DNA of 58,930 nucleotides from Chromera velia (Eukaryota): NCBI GenBank assembly GCA_018398765.1, contig JAHBMJ010000036.1, positions 1 to 58,930 of the forward strand, read 5' to 3'. Shown piece by piece: positions 11,481 to 25,400 of this stretch (position 1 is its first letter; each line of letters starts with the position of its first letter). The notes under the pieces were generated by a model. It saw only the letters and a program-made list of their open reading frames with translations, ran no database searches and was not told where the DNA came from. The position numbers and the translations under genes were made by a program.

Positions 11481-11837
11481 TATGTATGTCGCAACCCACT
11501 TATCTTGCCTGTGCATGCATGTGTGTTCGAGACCGTGTGTGTGTGTGTGTTCATTCCTTTCTGCCTGTCTGTCTCTGTCTTTCTTTGTCTGTCTGCCTGC
11601 CTGCCTGCCTGTCTGTCTGTCTGTCTGTCCCCCTCTCTCTCTCCCCGCTACCTCGTTGCTTTCTTTCTTTCCTTCATTGCTTCCTTCCTTGTTCGTTCTT
11701 TCCTTCTTTTTCTCTCCCTCATTTAAGGAGCAGATAAGACATTTTAAATCTGCGGAAAGGAGAAACGTTTCTGGCTTTCTCTCTCTCTTTCTTTCTGGCT
11801 TTCTCTCTTTCTCTCTTTTTGTGTCTCTGTCTGTCTG

Positions 11838-11868
<31 letters not shown>

Positions 11869-12077
11869 GCTCTTTCTTTTTCTCTCTTTCTCTCTCTCCT
11901 TCCGCTTTCTTTCTTTCTTTATCCATTTCTTCCTTCCTTCCATCCCTCCTTCTTCCTTTCTTCTTTCTGTTTTTCCTCTTTCCTTTCGTTGGTTGTGGGG
12001 GGCTGTGTGGGTGTTTTTGTGGGTTTTGTTAGGTGTGGATGTCGTGTGATGTCTTTTTCTTTCCTTCTGTTCCTTCC

Positions 12078-12126
<49 letters not shown>

Positions 12127-12346
12127 CCTTCCTTCCTTCCTTCCTTCCTTCCTTTTCTTTCTCTGTTTCCATCAGTCCGTCTCCGACTCTCTATCATGTA
12201 GGTATGTATTGTGTGTCCCTCTTGCTCTTTCTCTCCCCCCACCCCTATCTGCGTGCGCATGCGTGCACGGGTGTGTGTGCATTTGACACACGCAAATCGA
12301 CACACACAGATGCACGCAGATGCACACACACACGCCCACGCACACG

Positions 12347-12383
<37 letters not shown>

Positions 12384-13064
12384 GCACGCACACACGCACG
12401 CACGCACGCACGCACGCACGCGTACACGCACACGCACGAAGAATGCCTTTCTTGTTACCTGTGTATCTGAGGGAATCTTGTCCCACAAGGATGCCGCCTG
12501 TGTCTGGGGGACGTTGAATGCAGTCTCCCAAGGATTCCCATTCACAACCCACGGAGTTCCAAAAACAGAGACGCCCTCAATCGTCACTCCTTCTTCTTTC
12601 AACACTTTCACTCCCGACGTCTCCAAAGCAGAAAAAGCCACCGCACAGTCCTCTTTCTCCAAACTCCAGTCACTCCAATAATCCGCATAATAAGGGGGAT
12701 CCAAAATCATGTCGTGGTTCCCTGGCACTAGAATCTTGTGAGGAAAATTCAGACGGCCCATCCAAGAGGCGAATTCAACTACCTCGGCCAAGCTGCCAAA
12801 ATTTGTGCAGTCCCCTGTGTGAATGAGAACGTCGCCTTCTGGCAGATCAGGAAGCTTGTCGTGTCGCATGTGGGTGTCTGAGATGCATACGCACCTGAGG
12901 GGGCGCTTCGCTGTGGAAATTTTGACTTTCAACTCTCTCCCTCCTCTGGACAAAATTCGCCTAACCGCTTCTGAGTCTTCTTCTGTTTGTGGTTGCCAGA
13001 TGCTCAGAGGGTTCAAAAAGGAGAAATAGAAGGAGAGAGGTCTCTCAATACTGTACAGATCCAT
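11032..13064 (-). CDS. Calcineurin-like metallophosphoesterase (MPPED/239FB-like); exons 13064-12459 and 11277-11032; true 5' end may lie further upstream
   Basis: All five metallophosphoesterase motifs are present: ISDTH, HTGD, PGNHD, LLTHMPP, IFGHEH. A GT..AG intron at 12458-11278 joins them in frame. Confidence 0.88.
11420..12440. repeat. Compound microsatellite-rich intron: (CT)n, (GT)n, (CTTT)n, (CCTT)n, (CA)n, (CACG)n
   Basis: Simple repeats are directly visible. Similar tracts occur in many introns of the window. Confidence 0.9.
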
Positions 13065-14819
13065 CAGCGTCTCCTGCCACGACCCTCTCTTTGACCTGGC
13101 CACTAGGAGCAGCAGAGGCTGGGCAGGCAGAGTCAAGTAGAATGCCAAACTCTTCAGGAAAGCATCGGTCAGCCGTCTCCTCCCTGCAAACAGAGGCTGA
13201 GGGAGTGAGAACAGAAGGAGAGGAACGAGGAGACGTCTTTTCTGCTGTAGTGCAACATAAAAGCAAAATAAATAGGTGGAAAAAAGACAAAGACGTTCAA
13301 CAAGAAGGGAAAAGTCCAAGGACTTTTCGCTGTCTGCGTCAGGGGGTTTTGTACACTTTTTTTTCGTGAATGTTTGTTCATTTTCACAAACGGGAAGAAA
13401 AAAAAAGCACACACCGATCAGCAGAGCCACACTCAGATGGGGTAAAGGAAGGAGAGTGAGAACGAAAGAAGGCCCCTCTATCTCATGTGAGAAGATAAAA
13501 AGTCATCGATTCTCATGGATTTAACGATTTTCAGTAAATCAAAGCCTTCTGATGAATTTCATTGACTGATTAAAACTGTACGGCTCGAAAGACTCATGAA
13601 AAAGACTATCGGTAAGACTGAGCACCCAACATCCAAGAATTGATTTCAAAATCAAACAAAAAACTGTGAGTTCAAAGTAAACAAAAACATCACTTTCGTT
13701 TTCCTAGGCTGGCCCAGCAGCCATCTCAGCCTTCGCCCTTTCAAAGACATTCAGAGGAACTTTGAACAAAATGCGTCAAGCAATGGATAACGGGACTGGT
13801 GAATGTGGTTCTGCCCTGGAATCACACGGAGGTGACAGTCCTCATCGTCAGTCCCCCTCACAGGAAGGCCAGAATGCAGACGTTTTTCAGTGAAGTGGGG
13901 AAGAAGAAAACATTATGGGCGTGTGCATCTCGTTTTGGTGGGTGTGGGGTGGAGTACGAGTGAAGGAAATGGAACGAAGGTAGGAGACGGATGCTCTTCA
14001 TTTCAAAAGAACATTCTGATCGTGAGAAGATGGAAAAGATGCTCTTGAGAAGGTGGCGGACTGACCAACGAATCGGACGAAGAATCCGTTTGTCTTCGGT
14101 GAGGTATCCTTCTCCGTTGAGTTCCTTCTGTTTTGTCCCAAGCTTCCCGTCTCTGTCTCCGCCGTCTCCCCAATGGGAGGAGTCATTGTGTGTCGATCCG
14201 ATTCGCCACGCAAGTGGAGCTTTCCTGGTACGTCAGGTACGCAAAAGTTTTTCTTTTTGTGAGTATTCAAAGCCTGCAGCACGTTCTGCAAGAGAAGGGC
14301 GGTAAGTATAGGTAGATCTCTCTGTCAGTGTAGGCTCACCATTCAAATTTCGATCATTTGTCTCGAGTACGTCGCGCAGGCCGCGGATGGCCGATCGAGC
14401 GGCGCGTGCGCGTGCGTCGTCGTCGTTGAGCCGTTGCGCGGCAGCTGCCGTCTCCGTTTCGCAGATCTTCTCAGTCTGACCGGAATTAATCCGGAGATCA
14501 TTCTAGCTTCCGCAGCTGCTCGATCTCGTCCTAGAAAAATGTACCAGCTGGCGACTGCAGGATGTCTCATTTTCAGCATCTGTCTGCCCCTGATTATTGG
14601 TGGGTAAGTAGCCAGAGAAGTACTCGTGAACTATATAAGGTTGTCCAGAGTTTCGCAGGTACAGGCAGAGTGGCACTCGTAGCTCGGCCATCCCTGTGAT
14701 GGGGAGCGTTTCCTTCTGACTGTACAATCCTTACGTGGATTTTTTCAGTGACCTCTTTCATTATATCTTTACTTTGCCGTTGCTTTCAACATTTTAAGCC
14801 TGCTTGACAGAGCGCTACG

Positions 14820-16676
14820 ATGCGATTCTTGTCTTCCAGGCTGCCCTTGGTTTTGGCAGTCTGGTGGTCGTGCAGTCTCTGTGCCTTGGGACGCCACCTG
14901 GGCGAGACGACAGCCCTCAGAGCGATTCCATCGTTTGAAGGATGCCCTGCCATTCTGCCTGGAAGTGCTTCCTTCTCCAACACACATGCCTCGACTCTGT
15001 CAAGGAGGGGGGAGAAAAGGGAGCACTCACTCGTATCAAGAGAGGATACGAGGGGGGGGGATACGGAGACGGGCACCACCTCAGCGAGTGCGATGAAAAC
15101 GTGCTCGTCCGGACAGTTTACAGTGGAGAGATTTCGGAATTCGTTGCCCCCTGTGATCACGTGCTGCAACGAAGACTCTGTCAGATGTGCAGGGTGCTCG
15201 GAAGCAAATTCGAGCGGCAATTGTGCGACCAACCGGTGCAAGCCGGGATTTGAGCCTCTTTGTGCCCCCTTTACTTCCAACTGCGCGACGAAAACATGCA
15301 CGGCATGCGAAGACCTTCCTTACGAAGATGCTGACGGCAATTCGTGTTCGGTCTTGTGCACGGATGACAAAGTGTACAATGCAACTGAGACTGCCAATTT
15401 CAAGGAGAAGGGAAGAGGGGGACTTACAGCGATGGATGCCTGCTGCAAGTGCGGGGGGGGAGTGAGGACTCCCACACCGTTCGCATACGAAAGTGAGTCG
15501 GTGGATGGGTCAGTGAGATTGTCAACGAGCGACTGTTCGACTGATTTGGGGTTGCTGCTTCTGGTCTGTGGTTTTCGTTTAGCAACTTTGTTCCTCCTTC
15601 GATTTCGTGTTTTCCTTCCGATTTTTTGTTCCATTATATATACATAGATATCATTTCAATACAATTGCAGAGAAGGCGACCACTCTCGGCCGCCCTGTGA
15701 GTATGAAACCGTACCCCCGGACCGCCAGGCGCTATTTGTTCAGCGATTGTGATGCCCTGCTTGAGCACGGTCTGCACGCGAACGCAGAGACGGGAGAGAT
15801 CTCCGGAACGCCGACTGCCTCCGAAGCCTTCAAGGCGTCATGTGTGGTCACGGCGGTGCAGGATGAAGCCAGAGGGCTGATGTACAACACCACGGCGACA
15901 GTGGATGTGGCACCCTTCTCTTATGGCAGCAGATTCCTTGCAGTGGGAGGTCCGTCAGGTCTTTATGTCTCTTTTTTTTTAAGATCAAAAGACGAGTCAC
16001 ACCCATTGCAGGCAAGAATATGGATGAGCATTCTTGGTTGCATGCAGTTTTCTGTCTTGTGAGGTGACGCGGATGGAATAACTACTGCACCCCTCGATTG
16101 ATTGGCAATAGATTGATTGATTGATTGATGAATTTGATTGTGACCTGTTGTGTGTGACGATACCCAGAGTTCATTTTCCTCTTCTTTTTGGCCCTGACAT
16201 TTATTTGCATGCCCAGCCACACGTGCACCCCCTCTTTTCCGGAATGTCTTAGGGATGCACCGAAAGGTACGATACTGCTGGAGCATGAATGAACGATCCG
16301 ACTAATCTCTTCTTTTTGGGCGAGTGCTACGATCAGAGTGAGACGGGAGTCCACAGCGCTTGCATGTGTGCACAAACAAATTTATGTATCTGGGTATTTA
16401 TCTCTGTATGTATGCATGCATGTATGTATAGAGTCCACATTTTTATTATTTATGTAACTTCTGGGTCTTTCGCTCTGTATGTATGCATGTATCGATATGA
16501 TGCAACGATCGGATGGGTCGATATGATGCAACGATCGGATGGATCGATATGAATGCAGCATGGAATGGGGCCTCCGAACACAGTCGGACACTCGGCGCGG
16601 GGCTTTCCTACAAGAGCAACAGCTGGACCATCAAGTGCTTGCCTGACTGTCCTTGGATCTGGTTTGGAGGAAGTCC

Positions 16677-16722
<46 letters not shown>

Positions 16723-17155
16723 TTCTTTTTTTGTTTGTTTGTTTCTTTGTGCTTTGGGCAGCTTCTCATCGTTGACGGGACGGAAATTCCCCTGAGCGTT
16801 TTCCGTCTCCTTTTCTTTGCGATTCCTCTCGTTGAGCTTCATCTTCTCATGCGTCAGCTAATCGCGCCAACAATCTTCGTTCTGCCTGACAGTGTGCACC
16901 TGTACAGGCATGGTGACGATGCAACCGACTAAAACCATGAAATGCTCTTCCCATTCGACCCAGAAAGACAGGCGACAACAAAGAACGAAACTCTGCAGGC
17001 AGCTGTCCGTCAAATCTTTTTTCTTTCTTTCTGGGTATAGACAACATCTCCTGTGATGGAACGTGGGATGTCAGGCTGCGGAGATGATACCCTCTCCCCC
17101 CCCCTGTCTCTGTCTCTCTCATGCATGCACACACACACACACACACACACGTACG

Positions 17156-17194
<39 letters not shown>

Positions 17195-19365
17195 AGTCAG
17201 CGTACCAATATAAGCTATTGAGTTGCAATCAGCTCACGACAACATGAGATGCAAATACAGATACGAATAATACGTATGAATGCAAATAATGAACTTGCAG
17301 CCCACGGCAACATCAAAGTTAAGTCTGGGTACACCCTCCAAGGCACGACGAAAGCGGAGTCGGGAGGTCTTGCCTCGCCCCCCGGTTTCTCCATCCCCGC
17401 CATGCGGACTATCGCGGGGGCCTCCGGGGTGAACGCGACGGAGGGGGCCGAGGGGACGGACCCAGAGATCCCGGTAGTGAAGCAGCCAGCCTCTCAGTGC
17501 AGGTGGGGTGTCTTTTTTTTTTTATCAACACAAGCAGCCTGCCTCTCAGTGCAGGTGTGTGGGATGTCTGTCCAAGCACGTGCATTGACTGCAGGATGCG
17601 CGCCCATCTTTCATCAATTACACATACCCCAAATCAGCGGCACCGGTCTGGGTCATGCTATCAGCGTTGCTCTTTGTGCTTCTTTTGTTCTTCATCCCTT
17701 TTTGTTGTCTCTGTATGGAAAGATGCATGCATCTCTGCACACACATATGATTTACCTGCGAGCATCAAATGGTAGACGTATGCGTTTTGTTTTTAATCTA
17801 CGCATACAGGTTTCTGTCTGTCCACGTGATATGTGTACGGGGTTCGGAATCCGGCAGGAGTGTAGAGAGTCAACTTAAATGCAGATTTCTTCGTCGACAT
17901 GCAGATCTAATTACTTTCTGTTTGGTCGGGTATGCGTATGCTTTCAGGATCTCTGCGGTCCGACAGGTGACAAAGAGCGGGTCCAAAACGGAGGAAACCA
18001 CAGACAGCGAAAACATCATTGCGGTATACCACTCGCTCCCGACGAGTATCTCATATGCCTCACTGCCGACCCTACCGAGCGGGGAGAAGTCTCTGAGCGT
18101 GACTCTTGGGCACCCCATTACGTCAGGTTCGTGAAAGAAAATCGGACTTTCCTCCCCATCGATTGTTCTTTCCTTGTAAAACGAATGGGAGGGGGGAGAT
18201 GTGGTTCTTCTCACCATGGATGTTGTCCTCTCTCTGTCCGTGTTGGTTTCTGTATTTTCGCGTTCTGCTTATTTCATGAAAGATGTCCCGACAGGTCTGG
18301 TTGTTGCTGTGTAAAAAATGACTTATGAATGGTCTCTTTCCCCCCCCAAGAAAACTCTTGACCCACCTGTGGTTTCAGGGTATTGCAACGTTCTTCTTAT
18401 TGTGTCTTCTTTGTGGCCTTTGTACACTTCCGCCCAGTGCTGCTCCATTGATTGGATCTGATCTCTCGCGCTCCTTTTGGTCCCCTTCGGCACTGTGACT
18501 ATGTTGTCTTTCCTCACGAAAGCCCGCCACAGTTCATTCAATTGCTGCACGTCACTCTCTCTGGCTCCCCCCCCCCCTTTGATGTCCATGCAGGCCGAGA
18601 CCGGGTGGTCCCTGTGTGGTCCAACGGAGACTTGGGAACAAACGATGACGGCACTCCGGTCTCGCCACTGGCACCCATCGCCTACAGCCTGGCGTGCTCC
18701 ACCAACACCGCGGGCGTGACCGGTGACACAGGGAAGGTCGTGCATGTGATGCACACCGGGAAGCTGCTGTATGTGAAGGAGGGGGAACAGGTCGAGTTGG
18801 GCCGGTTGGACGCTCTAACGGGTCGGTAGATGGATCGAGGAAGTAAGCAAGGATCCTTATCGATGATGGGAATCCCTTCTTGGGTTTGGTGTTTCCAGAG
18901 GAAGAAATGTTCGAATTCCTTAATTTTCTCCGTTTGGTGCTCCTTCTGTTCTGTTGTGCGCAGTTCGGAAACAGGCCTTTTGCTTTGTTCGTTTCCTCGT
19001 TCAGCTGGTGGCTCTCCATCTCTCCCTCCCTCCATGCTTTCCTGCGCAGCAGCCACTGATTGATTCTGTCTGAATTAATAGTGTTTCCATGCCATCTCAT
19101 TTCCTTCCATTGAATTCTCCCCGGGTACCTTTCCTCGCGCTCTCTCCCATTTGTTCTTTGTGCTTCGGGCCGGTCGTTTGTGTCCGTCAACACTTTGATC
19201 ATTTTGACGTCACAACATGGCATGGGCATCGTTCTCTTTCTCTTTCTCTCTCTGCGCATTTGCATGTGCATGCAGGAGAGATCACAGGAACTCCAGGGTC
19301 TGGCAACTCCACCATTCTTCCCATGACTGTGGGTTTGCTTGTTTGTTTGTCCGGCTCTTTCTCTT

Positions 19366-19407
<42 letters not shown>

Positions 19408-19444
19408 TCTCTCTCTGCGTGTGCGTGCGTGCGTGCGTGCGCGC

Positions 19445-19483
<39 letters not shown>

Positions 19484-22400
19484 CGTCTGCCGGACTGCCC
19501 ATCGATATGTCTGTCTCTCTATCTGGTCTTTGGTCTTTCTGTCTGAAAAAGATGGAGAGGTGTCTTTCTGGATGCCTGCCCGCCTGCAGTACAACGCCTT
19601 TCAGAGGAGGGCCCAGGCAAACTTCACATGCGAAGTCGTCGCGAAGGTCCTCCAGGTCAGTCTCGATCTGCATGTGTGCACGTGCGCATCCATCCGGCCG
19701 TGTGCCGAAGGACATTCATCATATATTAATGAGGCCGCCTCATTTTTGGGCTTTTGCAAAAACTGCTTGTTCAGCTCCATGGTTCAGCACATGAGAAGTT
19801 TTTTTTTTTTCATTCTTCCTATTGCAAACAGACACCGCCCCTAGCCTCTCACTCTTGCCCCTCCCATACAGGAGTACAGAGGGAACGAAAGAAAGACCAC
19901 GCGGTGGAAAGGAATGTGAATCGACTGGTTCTTTGCTCTCTTTTTTTCGTCCTTTCTCTTCTTTAGTTTGCTCTCCTTTCGTTGTTTTTCGGGGCCCTTT
20001 CCCTTAGTGCTCTTTTTCGTCCCTAGACCCTTACGTCTTCTGGTCTTCAAAAGTCTTCGTCTTGTCTTGTCTGGGAAAGTGTATCTTGTTTGCAGACAAC
20101 ACCAATCTGATCTATTCGGGTAGGACATGTGCGCCTGTCTGCATGTAAATGTATCCCAATACTTCCTTGACACAAAAACGTACCTCCCCCCCCCCCTGCA
20201 TGCATGAAGGCTGGGCTTCCGGATGTCCACCGATCGAGGTGGGAGGCGTTCAACCAGAAATTGAAGCTGACGGTCTCTGCTGCCTCTTGCTGGGTGAAGG
20301 CAGAGGTGCCCAACAAACAGCTGCAGCTGGAGAGTTTGGGCACCGCACCGAACGACTTCAGGTGCATGAAGAAATGCGAGGCAATGAAGGCGTGTGCAGG
20401 ATACTACTATGAGTCCTCCAGCAAGTGTCAGTCGGTCCTTTGAGATGATGCGTGAGAATGAATGCAGACGCATTTGCATGCATATCTCTCCCTGCGCACA
20501 TTCTCTACTCCACCCACTTCATCTGCAACAAGCGCTCTGATTGCAGACTTGCCTGTAGGCGAGAAAGATTTGATCTTTCTGTGTGCCGAGGTGCCATGGA
20601 CATCGCTTTGCCTGGTTTGTCTCAAACCTCGACCGTCTACATGCATCTCCATGTCTAAATGCATCGCTGCTTGCTTGCTTGCTTGCCTTTTTACCGAATC
20701 GTCAAGATGCTCTACATCGTCATTTGATTGCAGCGTGCAAGAGGACCTCGATTCGTGCGGAGGCGACCGGCAGCACTGGAGACAAATACGTGATGGCCAA
20801 ATTGAATAGCTGCGCCCCACAGGACACGTGCAGATACCTGAAGATTGCCGGTCCGTCCTAGTAAATTCTCTATGTCTGTGTGAAAGGCGCGTGTTGTGTT
20901 TGTTTCTCGCTGTTTTGTTGTGTGTGAAAACTGAAAAGATGCTCCCTTCAGGACACAGAAATGGTGTCTCAAGTGCAGCAATCTTTCGTTGATTGTGCGA
21001 CGCTGCCTCGTTTCTTTCAGCCGTCCTGGAGCGTGTGTGTTGTTTGGTCAGACATGCAGCTCAACTCTGACACTCTAGATGGGTGCAGAACGCTGGCATG
21101 ATTCAACTCGGACGATCCTCAGTTTTGCGTGCCATTGTTCTGAAGCCGTCGTTATCTCCTGCGGCGGATGCTGTCTGACCAAGTTATCGCTCTTCGTGAA
21201 TTTATGTGACAAACACGCTGTGTCGGGATACATCTTTGCGAACCTCCCTCCCTCTTTCCGTCTCTGCCTCCCTGTGTGGTTGTCTCTGCAGTGAACGAAT
21301 GGATGAGCGGGAACTTCTGCCCAATAGCGCCCGACATCCTTGCAGGTCTGTATGTTCCTCTTTTCTGGTTCTTCGAGCATGTTCCTGACAAGTACTTTGT
21401 GTGGCTTCGTCTCCTTGTGTTTAAAAGCACAGGGGAGATCTAACGACAGTTCGGACGATCTGTGCATGTTTTTCTCCATACCCAGGGTACCTCTTACTCC
21501 CTGTCTCCCTTCCTGCTTGTGTGTTTGACGGCAAATTCGGATGAGTGTGTATTTCGGTGGAGAGGAGGGGAAAGGCTTCTCGATATTTTTCTTTTTTCTT
21601 TCTTATTCGTGTGGCGGACTGCATCCGCTTCTTTTTGTTCTGTTGGCGCACAGAAGAAATCGTACATCTGCTCTTCTTTCTGTGCTGTGCGGCTGTATGT
21701 GTCTATTTTTGTGTTTCTGCAGGTCCGAACAATTTTGTGTACGAAAGGAGGGGACCCGCAGTCGGTGACATCTTCTTTCTCCTTCGGAATCTGCCCGCAA
21801 GGGAAAATGCAGCCACAGAGTCCCTGTGTCCGCCTGCAACTTTCAAGTGGATTATCAAACAGGTCCGTCACTTCATTCGGTGTGTGCGCATGCATATGTG
21901 AACGCATGTACATGCTGTGGAGGCATGTCCTGTTGCGTAGGTGAGACTGCGTAGACCAGCAAATAAGCAGGGTGGAAGCGAGTGGGCTGTTTTACTGCCT
22001 TTTGTGCATTGATGCGATGTCAACACTTTCTTTGACCCTCTTATGCACCCGATGCACTCACTCACTGCAGGCAAATCACGAATCAGACTTCATAGACGAC
22101 TCCGGAGAGGCCTTCCAGCTGAACGGTCCTGTCATCGGGTGTCTACCTGAGGTGGGCGGGCCCTCTTCTCTTTTGCGTTTCCGGATCCTCCTCCTCCTCC
22201 TTCTGTTTTCTGTCTGTTCTTTTCTCCTCCCTTCTCTCCACCCGTTCCTTCATCTGCCTCTTCTCGTCAATGCTGATTGACTGGGTTCCCCTCTTTCGTG
22301 GTGCCAAACCAATCACACACACAAACACACACCTGCCGATTTGTTTCTTGCATTGCTCGCAGCCGGACCCCTTCATTGCGATCGGAGACTCCTACCCGAA

Positions 22401-25400
22401 CTCCCCCGGCAGGAAGATGAAACTCTGGGGTGGAGGGCAGACACAAAAAATGACACAGAACTGGGCTTTCAACCCTCTGCCGAAGAGATGCCCTTCTCCA
22501 TTCGTCTCCGAGGCTGCAGCGGAAGCAGAGGAAGAAGAGAAGGCCAAAAACGGAAAGAGTACACAGATAGAGGAGGAGTTCCCTTTGGTCGGTTCTCTTC
22601 TAGTGTGAGTACGGAAAGGAAGAAAGGGAAATGGATGACACAAAGAAGAAATACCTTCGTCTCTCTCTCTCTCTTCCCCCCCCCCCCCCCCCCCCCCCNC
22701 CCCTCTGTGTGTGTGTGGGTGTGTCTTTCTCCTTGACATTCACCAGGGGACAACCTATCCTTGCAGAACTTGTCCGTTCCTTGTGTGTGCGCCCTTCAAT
22801 TCTCGTTCCCCTTCCTCCTCACTCAGTCTTTCTACAACGCTGGGTGGTCATCCTGTCTGGTCGACTCCAGGGGGCATACTTGCAACTTCTGTCAACAGTG
22901 CAAGCAGTAAGACACTTGCACGGCAAATTCGACAAAAGTAACGAAAGAAGCCACGTCTACGTGCAACACAGCATCCCGTATATCTGACTGGATGGATTTT
23001 TGCTTGCAGCCCCACTCTCGGGAGCAGATATTCCGCTTAGACTCTCCCGACATTTCTGGCCCCTCCGGTTCCTACGCCTACTCCCTAGACCCCTGCGAGT
23101 GCTTCCCCCCCCACTGGGGTCCCTCCCCCCCAATCTCAGCGGACCAGTACCAGAAACTGCCGGCGAGTGGGCTCAACTCGATCCCCGCACAAACTGCGGC
23201 GCCCCAATTGATTGCCCGAGGAAGGATCACCTGTCTGATGGACGGCCTCCTCGGGTCCTATTCCGAAAAGGAAGAGTCCGAGTGTGCAACAAGATGCCGA
23301 GCTAACAGCAACTGCAGTCAGTCTCTCCTCGGAGAAGAGAAACGGATAAAGGCTTTACTATGCGAGACCATCACATGAGAGCAAAGAACCATTGGTTGCT
23401 GACAAAGAGCGATCGAAGCTCCCGTTTCTTTTCTTCTGTTGCCGCTCCCTTTTCGGTATGCCTTTTGTTTCTGCCAGTGCTGTTGGCTGTTCCGTTTCTT
23501 CTCCTTTTTCGTGCCTTATACAGGTCGGTCTTGCCCTTGTATTCACTTGTTCAGAAAGAAGCTAAAGTCTCTTCCGCGGATAAATGAACGAGTGAGTGAG
23601 TGGGTGCAGATTTCTTCTGGATCGGATTCGCTGGAGGGGCAGACCAGTGCCGTCTCTTCAGTGCGTGCACCTCACTTGCCACAGAGCTTGGATTGGAGGC
23701 CGGACTTACATCTGGTGCTCTGTTCGGAATCGCGAGGTACTCTACATGCCTCGTCGCAGACCCAGGTAGGTCAGATGAATTAAGGGAGGACAGCATTTAA
23801 TGCATCTCCTTTGCTCTCCTTCTGTGCGTCTTCGCCGATTTGCGACTCGGTTTCATGACGCGTTCTTGCCCTCCATGCTGTACAGCCCTTTTCTCATTCT
23901 TTGTATGAATCCTTCGTCTTAGCGGCTCTCTTTTAGTTCGCAGCCTGTTCACTGTCCGATTCAATTATTTTGTCAATTGACACGGTGCCTGTGCCACAAG
24001 TCGGATCTGAGCTTCTCGACTCCTGCAGATTCAATTCAATTGTCTTCTCTCTTTTTGTGCAATTTAATTGCTTTTTCTCTTTCTGTGCGCTTTCTCTTGG
24101 ATGTGCAGAGCGGTGCATGAAGGAGAGCAAGAGAAGAAAGATGCTGACCTCTGACCCCGACGTGGACCCCCCTGTACCCTCGTCGTCCTCTACATGTAAG
24201 CTTATAAGCTCTTTCGATCGAAGGTGCGGGGTGATGTGGGTGTCCAGAGTATTCGAGTGCACACTGGGGCGTGTCTTGTATGTGCATGAAAAGTGAAATT
24301 CGTGCGTCTCGTCGGATCCTAGCGCGTTGAGTTGAGCGGCTTTTCGTGTGCTCGCTGGTTCGCTCTCGCTTGCACTCAGTATGATTTTTTTGCGTGCGCT
24401 TCATTTCTTTGGTTTGGTGTTGGACGGCTTGTGTCTTCATTTGATGTCATGCTGATTGTGGTTTATGCAGAGGCTTTCTTGTTGCTCTTTGATCGCATCC
24501 GATGTGGCTGGCTGTCCTCTTAGACCCGGCAAAGAAATCTCCTCTGTGTGCATCCGTGCTTCGATGTGGACACGCCCTCTTTCCTCCTTGTTCTTTGATC
24601 GTGTTTGCAGTTTTTGTCCAGGAAGGAGAAGATGGCACAAAAGCCGATGACTCAAGCCTCGACAGAGAGAACATGAGAAAGGAAGGAGAACAGGGGGATG
24701 CGTCCAGCTTGGAGGAGAAGAGTGTGAGAGAAGAAGAGGAAGAGGAAGCGGAGGGGGGAGAATCATCATGTCAGTACCGTCGTTGGTTTCATTACTCTTC
24801 TTTGCTATGTCCATTTATTTTCAGTCCTTTTCTCGTCAATTTGATATTTATAGAAAGATAAAAAGAACTCCTCCCCTCTTTGACAGTCCAATTGAATCTC
24901 TGGCCTGCATGGTTGTGTTGGTAGTGCATGGCTCCCCATGTTTGATTTCGACATTCTTGAAAGCCTTTTCCGCCTTTTTTTTGTTTTTTCTTCGTCATTC
25001 CGCTTCTGGACAATCGGGATTTGATGAAAGAAATCTCTCCCGACAAACGTATTTCTCCTGACCCTCACAACTTTTTCTCAAAAGACCGTGAATCCATCAC
25101 GCCGCATAGACACCGATTGCTTGGCGGGGAGCCTTACGACATCCCCATTGACTTCAACCCCATAGACGAAGGCACGTGACTTTCCATCTCGAGGAGATAG
25201 GCCGAGGGCTGTGCGAATAGATGAGTGCATGTGTACGTGTGTTTGTGGTTTGCCTTGCCGAAGAGTCCTTCTGTGCGTCTGTATGCTCATCTCTGTTTGA
25301 TGCTCCCCGCAGTGCCGTCTCTGAGCGAACTTCCCAACCTTGCCCCCCCACTCCAACTGGTCCACGGGTCCCGTGTACTCCTGTGGCATCAGACTACACC

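Noticed and set aside
11319..12681. Many overlapping ORFs rich in CVCV/SLSL/THTH/ERER, also seen at 16-19 kb, 26-31 kb and 40 kb
   Set aside because: These are translations of intronic microsatellites.
11919..13430. Single 503-aa ORF as the whole metallophosphoesterase
   Set aside because: Its C-terminal part reads through a microsatellite intron; the last two catalytic motifs are in exon 11277-11032.
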